From assembly GCA_003971905.1 (NCBI GenBank), contig RSEE01000083.1, positions 124,001 through 188,000 of the forward strand: DNA of 64,000 nt, read 5' to 3'. Source of the DNA: Moniliella sp. 'wahieum'. Taxonomy: Eukaryota. Under the pieces are notes generated by a model. That model had not been told where the DNA came from. It saw only the letters and a list, made by a program, of their open reading frames with translations, and did not search any database. This document shows positions 56,423 through 64,000 of this stretch, in pieces; within the stretch, counting starts at the first letter, position 1, and each line of letters starts with the position of its first letter. A program made the translations under genes and the position numbers.

Positions 56423-59225
56423 GTTTGTGTGCGGGAGCGGGGGGGGGGGAACGGGAGGAACGGGGGAAAGGAGTGTGGCAGCACAGCAGGCGGCAGACAC
56501 GCCGACGCCGACGCTGCCCCCAGAGAAGAGACGGGGAGGAGGAGGAGGAGGAGGGGAGAAAGGTCGACGGGGTGGGACGAGAGCGGGGATGGACGGTGTG
56601 CCGAGAGGAGTTGGTTCCAGCTGGGTTCAAGTGGCAGAGATGGGCAGGAGGGAGGTGAAAGAGGTGTTTTACTCCTGCGACGCGGTCCCGTGTGCGTGTG
56701 TGGGTCCGATCTCGACGACGGCCGAGTTGATTCGGATGGCGAGGGGCGATGCCGAGGCACGGTAGCTGCAGTGGCTGACCTGCACCAGGCGGCAGCGCTG
56801 GGCGCGCGCCACGCGTGACCAACGTCTAACGTCCGTCCAACGTCCAACGGCCAATGTCCATCGTCCAACGCCTGCCGTCTACGTATCGTGCAACCCTGAA
56901 CTGCCACCAGGGCCTGTCTACCAGGGCCACCAAGCCTTACTGCCAACGATCATTGTTCCCGCGCGGCACCGAGCGCCGAAGAGAGGAGTGGCAGGCAGTC
57001 GCTCAAGGCGGGCGTCCCTGGCGGCGGCTGCGCCCCACGGTTGCTGGGCATACTGGCGCAAACCCTGGTGTAAGGGTGGGATCGATTGCTGCTGGCGTGC
57101 TGAGCGCTCAACAGGCTGAGCGCCAGGGCTCCATTTTTTTCGTGCTAGGCGTTGGAGAGCGGCTGGATCGGTTGGAGCGTGAGCTGAGCGCGTGAGAGGG
57201 AGGTTGGACATGTGCACGATATGTATACGCTGCCCGGGGCGGGGGGCAGGGGGTGGGCAGTGGGACATGTGACGTAGTGTGCAGGGTGGGCTAGGCACAA
57301 GTGCTGGGCATAACTGCTTCGATGGGTGTCTGCCATGGTGTCTGTAAAACCCCCGAGGTGGAAATACGGAATGCTGAGTGCGCTGAGTGCGCTAGCTAGA
57401 CACTGCCCCCAGCGGCGAGAGGCGTTGAATGTTCAAGTCGAACGTTGATCGATGACGCGATGACGATGAAGAGCTGGGATGCGGAAGTGTGGCGTTAGGG
57501 TGTGGGATGTGCGATGTGCGATTTCAATCGCAGATGTGAGATGGAGATGCATTCAAGATGCAGCTGCAGCTCACACATCAGGCGTCACGTGCCAGTCCAT
57601 CTGGCTGCTGCACTACCCGAGCAGGGCGGCTGCCCAAGTGCCGTCTGCTGCCGTTCGCTTCGGGTCCTTTCGCATGCTAGTGGCGTTGTGACATACCTGT
57701 GACAGACGTGAGCGTGTGTGACACAAGTGATGCCTGTGATGTGCGTCATGGACCACACGTGCGTCCGATGGTCGCACGTGTTGGCGGCGGTGACGCGTGA
57801 CGCGCGTGACGAGCCCGTCGAGTGGCGCTAAAATTTAAAACGACCCTGGTCCAACCATTTGCATTTGCAATTGAAAATGAAATGAAATGGATCGATTCAT
57901 GATGCCTTTTCAATTTGAAATGGGAAATGCGGCGGTGCCATCATCGATCAGTCGGATTCGACCATCGATCATCGATCATCGATCATCACTCACCGATCCG
58001 CCTCGGAACCGTGTTGCAGGTGTGGCGATCGGACGCAGCAGAGTCTGGCGCCACGCGGTCCTGCCGGTCACTGGTCACTGGTCACGGTCAGTCATAGTAT
58101 ACATCATGCATCACCCATCATGCATCATGCGGTCGTAATTCATTCGATGCATCAAATTTGAAATGCCTTTCTTCGCTTCCTGGTCATCGCGTGCATCCAT
58201 GCCCATTCTCCATGCCGCGTCCCCACCCTCTCACCCTCTCTCTCTTGTCCCCTGGGCCGCTTGGCACATCTCAGGTCTCCATCTCAGGTAGCATCTCACC
58301 TCTCTCACCTCTCATCCATCTCATCCATCTCAGTTTGCCCCCATCGGTTTCGGCGGCTGCCGTCTTGGGCCTGTTGGACGCACGCGTCGGAGAATATTGA
58401 AGCTTGACGTTACTCATCGACTCGTTTCCTCGACTCCTCGAGTGCTCCCCGCTGCTCTTTCTTCTCTCGTCCATGCAACCAAGTGCCCTATAAGGCCTCG
58501 CATCGGTGGCATCGCTCTCCCTTTCCGTACGGCCAGGTATGGAATTGCAACCGCCCTTCGGTCTAATGTAATGAATGTAATGTTCCTTCCATATCAGCGA
58601 GCACGACCCGTCTGTCTGCCTCCACTCACCCTACCCCCTCTGATGGCCAACATAGCACACGGCATGAACGCATGTTGCAATGCGCATCGATTGCCTGCTA
58701 TCCATCAGTCCTCTGTGGGCGGAACTGAGGCAGGGCACCGTCCCGTCTGCACCACACTTCCGCCCACCACACTCGGCAGTCCAGTGGCACCCAGAACCCA
58801 TAACCTAAGGGAGGCAAGCGCTCAGTAGACCAGTAGACCAACATGAACGTCATGAACCATCCGTTTGGGTTTTGGGACGGTTGCGCATACTTTATCTGTG
58901 AGATGTGGCATGTGGTAGACGCCCAGGCTGAGGGAGGTGCGGCAGAAACTAGGCACCGCTGAGTCGCGGGAGAATAGAAGAATAGATAGATAAGAGCGCA
59001 GGACGCAGTGCAGTGGGGAGTAGGTGGGGGGGGGGGGCAGGTGGTAACAATGTAGGGCACACGGGAGGGGGGGGGGGGGGGGGGGGGTGGAGCTTAGAGG
59101 CCAGTGCCCAGAGGTATGAAGCAAGGGGGAAAAGGGAAAGAGGAAAGAGGAAAGAGCAAGCACTAGGTAGGGAGTACCACGGGAAACCAACCATAACGTG
59201 CATGTACGCACGTGCTCGTTCACCT

Positions 59226-62200
59226 TCAAGTCCATGACGCGCGCGTGCGGTACTCATACCGCATCACATCGCCTCGCATCGCATCTCGAGTGGCAGGCAC
59301 GGATCGACTAAGGTTTGCCGCGTCCACCGCGTCGGCGTGCGGGTGCGGGGAGGACATGATGGAGCGGGTAGACATCGTTGACCTGGGACGGGGGCAAATC
59401 ACGTTCGGTCTTGCGCAAGTCGGGCGCACTGGGATGACGCAGCGGCGCAGCATGTTGGGACGAGGTGACTGGCGCGGCACGCCGACTGGCAAGTCGGTGC
59501 GGTACTTGGACTTGCAGCTCGCGCATTTTGCCCTTGCGCGTGGACCGGTGCGTGTCAAGGTACCCGACTGGTTGCGGTAACTGTGTAGGCGTAGGTTGCG
59601 CCAGCGAGACCTGGTTGGATGCCTGTGGTTGTGCCTGTGGCTGGGAGGGCGGAGGTAGTGTGGGGTGGCTGTTGGGGCTGTTGCGGGACCGGTTGCGGGA
59701 CCGGTTGCGGGACCGGGTGGGGGACCGATTGCGCGGCCAGTTGAGGGGCGCCAGGGGTGGCAAAGTGGACTTGTTGTTGAAGATGAAGTTTTTGCTGATG
59801 CTGGGCAAGTTTGTAGCGCTGATCTTCCTGCAGGAGCGTGGCAAACGATTGTTCCATCAGCTTGGAAGCCTTGGAGCCGTCTGGCGGCAAGGTCAGCGGG
59901 GAAGAAGGGTGGGGCGCCGCTCCGGTGCCAGTGGACACCAACGTCGGCGATGTTAGCGAGGTGGACCAGGACCCCCCACTTGCGCGTTTGCGAGGCGACA
60001 GACTGGCAGTTGTGGTGCGGCTGGCCTCTCTGGCTATTGAGCCTGGAGGACCCGGCGCGGGCAAATTGCTCGCGGCCCCATTGACATTGGCATTGGCATT
60101 GGCATTGACATTGACATTGACATTGGTATTGGCATGCACAATGGACAAAGCCGCCGAGCCAAACGGCACAGGCTCGACCCCTACGCCGGACCCACCCAGA
60201 GCGGCCATCGTCGGTCCAACAGCTACGGAGGACGCGCGCGATTTGCGATGCATGCCCCATGGCTGAGCCGGGATCGATCCGGCTCCGAGCAGGGGGGCAG
60301 GAGGAGAGGGGGACGGGTCGACGGATCCGGATCCTGAACGGGAATACGAGCCGGAGCCAGAGCCGGAGCCAGAGCCGGAGCCGGACCTCCTCTCCCCCAC
60401 GGCGCTGGTCCCAGGCGCGTCCGATCCGGTCGGCATGGTAAGCACCAGAAGAGGTGGGGGAGACCAAGGAAGTGCGCGACCCAAAGGAAAACGCACTGAA
60501 CTGGTTCTGCAGGCCTGCGGCGCCGTCGGAGGGGGCGGAGGTGGTCGGGGCCAAACTGGGCGAAGGGAGGGAAGGGGTAAAGGCAGAGGAAGCAAAGCGA
60601 ACCGAGGTACGTTGGGCCACCAGAGGAGAATCCAAAGGACGAAGCAAGATGGCGAGACGAACGTGGGCCTTGATCATGTCGAGGTAGAGTTGGTTCAGCT
60701 GGTTGGCCAGACGATGGCTGCGGCCATGAGGCGTTCCTTTGTACTTTTTTGCAGTGGCGTCAGGACGGAAAAGTGGCGCGCGGTGCGCTGGTACGAAGGT
60801 AAGGCCGAATCGGCCGCTTCGAGCACCGCACGCGCAGACTTGATCTTCTCTTCAAACTTGCTCTCTAGCTCGGCCAGGCGCGTCTCTCGCGCGGTCGAGT
60901 ACGTTGGCTCTGCGAGTCGCGGAGCGCGTCTGGTGCACCACTGGTTCCGCGTGCGGAAAGGCTGCTGGCTCGGCCGTCGGGGGCCAGCTCCTGGCTGCCC
61001 TGACTGCTGGCCGTCGTGCTGCGTCGTTCGGCCAATGCGTCTTGGGGCGTCAAACTAGCAGAGATGGCGGAAGCAGTGAGCCACGCCGGACACGCGCCAG
61101 CGCAATCAATTCGCCCTTGGTAAACCCGTCCACCTTGCGTACCCCGGCCCAGCGCATTGTCGCTGCAAAGTTGATTTTCGCCATCCAGTCGTCCCGGTCC
61201 GACAGGGACGAAGTCTGGAAGAGAAAGAGACGCTGGACGTTGGTGCTGGGGTTGTCGCTGCGTACCTTGAATGCGTTCGGCACCTTCTGTGTCTCCTCGT
61301 CGCAGAATGCAACTGCATCGTACAATGGAACGAGATAGTCCGGGCAAAAGTTGGAGATGACATCGTCGGCCTTCTTGGGGTCCTGAGCGGCCTTGATCAA
61401 GCGCTGCAACACCATGTCGGCATACGACGCGTCTTTAAAGATGACCAGCTGGGCACTGGTAAGTAACAACCCCCAGCGCCGAGCGCGCGAGGAGGATGAG
61501 GACCAATTGGACGACACTGGTTTCCGCACCGAGATGCTGTCCGACTCGTCCCGCCCATGCACCACATCCACCTTGCAGACACGAATGGTGTTGATCACCT
61601 CGGTGGCCGGTGCTGCGACCGAGGTGTATACCGCCAGGGAGGAAGGCGAGCCCATTGCAATAGGAGGACCGGTCCAACTGGCGGGAACGGATGATGGGCG
61701 CTCGCAAAAGTGGTGGAGAAGTTTGATAGCATCGAGGGAAGTGTAGTCTTCCATGACGCGCATGGAGGATTGCAGCGAAACAGGCGGGCCAAGTCGTCCG
61801 ACAAGTCATGGTATCGTCCGTTGAGGAGCAGCGTGTACGGGTTGCCCTTGGACTTGAACCGCTTCTTGTCTTTGGCCTGGTCTGCATACACAAACGGGGC
61901 ACACGTCACGTTGTCGTACATGTACTCTAGCAACTCCATCGACTGCATCGACTGGATGATGCCCGAGGTGTTCCTGACATAGTCTGCCTTGGTCATCTTG
62001 GTCTTGAGGTTCTTGTTAAAGTGGTCAGTATGCAGAAGCATGATGGAGGTGGTAAGGATGTAGGGGGGATCTGAGCACCAGCACGTTAGCATACAGGGAA
62101 AACGATCACGTAGGAATGGCGGTCAACGCACCTGGATTGGTAAAGATGTCTGAATTGGCCTGGGCATACCGAATGGCGAACGCCTCGAGCATTCGATCAA

Positions 62201-63686
62201 TCTGCTGCGATTCCTGCGGCAGCGGGACTTGGAGCAAGAACTTCCGCAGCGCCATATCCAATGGGTCACTGGCACAGTCAAACTTCTCCATCCCGGTACG
62301 AAGTGCATCAATGTAGAACGCATCACCGTATCCAGCCAAGGTGACCAACGCTTCTGCGTGGCTCATATGCCCCAACAGCCGTCCATAGAACAGTTTGGGG
62401 CTTTCGTGCCCCTCGGGCTGAAGCTTAGACCCGTCTGGCAGCTTGACTGGCGGAAGCGAGCGTACGCATAGTCGGTCGTTTCCACCAGCGGCTTGGTTTC
62501 CCTCCCTCGCGTCTCAACCGCATGGGGGTGATCACGTTGTCCAGAAGGACCCGACTGAGCCAACTGGGCCTCGTCGCTGTTCCCGGTATCCAACTCCGAC
62601 GGCGGGGCAAGAGACGTGGCCTCTGATTCTGCCGGCGCGCCTCGAGACAGGGAGCTGGGGGTAACGTCGGTCGTTGGGGAGTCGTGTGAGAGTTGGGACG
62701 CTTGAAGGGGCACAGAAGCGTGCTCGGAACCCGGGTGGGACACAATGACAGGGCCGGTAGACGTCCGAGTCAAGACGGCACCCGGGTGCGAATGCCGGTC
62801 GTTCATCTCGTCTTCGTCGCATCGGAGGGGACTCCGCCCTCGAGCGTCGGAGGATCTGGGGCAAAGGCAAGAGGGAGACCAGGTTCTTCGCTGGCCTGCG
62901 AGGCGCAGGAGGCATACGACTCGGGATAGACCGACATGTGCTTCAACTCATCACCCAACCGAACAGGAAATCAGCTGGCCAAGGAGGGCCGACGAAGGGC
63001 GGCGGGAAGCAGGTTGCGTGGAGGCCTCCTTGCCCTGGTGCGGAGGCAGGTCCAGGCCCAGACCAAAGATGGTGGCGCCAGGCGACGTGGGTTGGAGTGA
63101 ATCGGGAACGGCGAGCTTGGTGGAGGAAGCATTGTCAGGAGGGGTGACAAGAGCAAGTGGCTTGAGCAATGACTGGCGGCGCGAGACGGGCTCGGACGCC
63201 AAGCCGCCGTGGCTGTGGGAGAGGGCAGCGGATGTGCTGTCTTCATTGGGACGGGGGGCCTGTGGGTGGGAGCATCAGTACATGACAGAGCGCAGCGACA
63301 GCGGCAGAGCAGCAGCAGCGAGGCACGCACCGTGGAGGGACGCTTGCTGGAGCGCGCGGGGCGGGTAAAGACGCGTGGATGCTCGGTTGGGGAGACAGGC
63401 GGGACGGGTGAGGTGGAGGAGGGGAGAGCGGAAGGGCGGGGTGGCTGGAGGGTTGGGAGGGCAGGGGGGGCAGAGGGGATGTGGGTGGGGGCCCTGGCTG
63501 GGGGCGGGGGGGCGGGTGCAGCCCGTCGTGGAGATGGTGCGGGGAGAGCATGGAGCGGGGACGGAGCTGCGGCGTGGTGTGGCGTGGGGAGGCGAGGGCA
63601 GGGTGCGGGTGCGGGTGAGAGGGAGGGGAGGGATAGGGGGCGTAGGCTGGCCCGGGCGGAGCCGGGCTGGCGAGGCTGGAGAGCAT
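59226..63686 (-). CDS. Sec7- and PH-domain ARF guanine-nucleotide exchange factor (Syt1-like), intron 62071-62131; 3' end approximate (59226 or 59308)
   Basis: Sec7: DPLDMALRKFLLQVPLPQESQQIDRMLEAFAIRY..|DPPYILTTSIMLLHTDHFNKNLKTKMTKADYVRNT. PH: RRWGLLLTSAQLVIFKD..FLFQTSSLSDRDDWMAKINFAA. ATG at 63686. Confidence 0.88.
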
Positions 63687-64000
63687 GGCGGGGGAGGTGG
63701 TGGATGTGTGTGGGGCGGGGGTTGACGGTGGCGGAGGCGGTGGCGGTGGCGTGGAGGTGGAGGTGGAGGTGGAGGGGGCAAGGCGGCGGCGCGGCGAGGG
63801 CGTGCGGGATGGGCTGCTGGGCAGGTGCTGGGATGGAACGCAAAGGCGGGAAGGACGGTGGGGGGCGGACGCAGGCGCACGGCAGCTGGGCAGTCAGTCA
63901 CACGAGGCGGTGTCAGAGGCGGGTGTACTTGGTACTTGGCCCACGGCGGCCTCTTGCTGGTGTGCCTGCCCACTAGCCCCCCCGAAGCCCCAACGTGTGT

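Overview
This is GC-rich eukaryotic DNA from a fungus. Short spliceosomal introns with GTGCGT/GTACGT/GTAAGT/GTATGT donors and CT(A/G)AC branch sites, together with the gene content, point to a basidiomycete, probably smut-like (Ustilaginomycotina; inference). About 17 protein-coding genes can be supported: an orphan membrane protein, COQ6, VPS16, a mitochondrial ABCB half-transporter (MDL1-like), a TPMT/halide-methyltransferase-family enzyme, a PPS1-like dual-specificity phosphatase, RPS19, ADE4, a Yap-type bZIP, an SNT2-like BAH/PHD/ELM2/SANT protein, GRS1, UDP-glucose dehydrogenase, a DUF3752/GPALPP1 protein, a TBC Rab-GAP, a bHLH-like factor, an Nrg1-like C2H2 factor and a Sec7-PH ARF-GEF. 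Nearly all genes, including essential ones, are broken by 1-bp frameshifts. This most likely reflects an unpolished long-read consensus, so gene ends are approximate. I found no tRNA, rRNA, CRISPR array or intact transposon. I cannot support a clearly new biological system. The most unusual signals are non-coding: recurring clusters of stuttered short palindromic words in intergenic DNA, a 75-bp tandem repeat carrying Yap/AP-1-like TTAGTCA sites, a long intronic hairpin in the SNT2-like gene, and several unexplained intergenic blocks.
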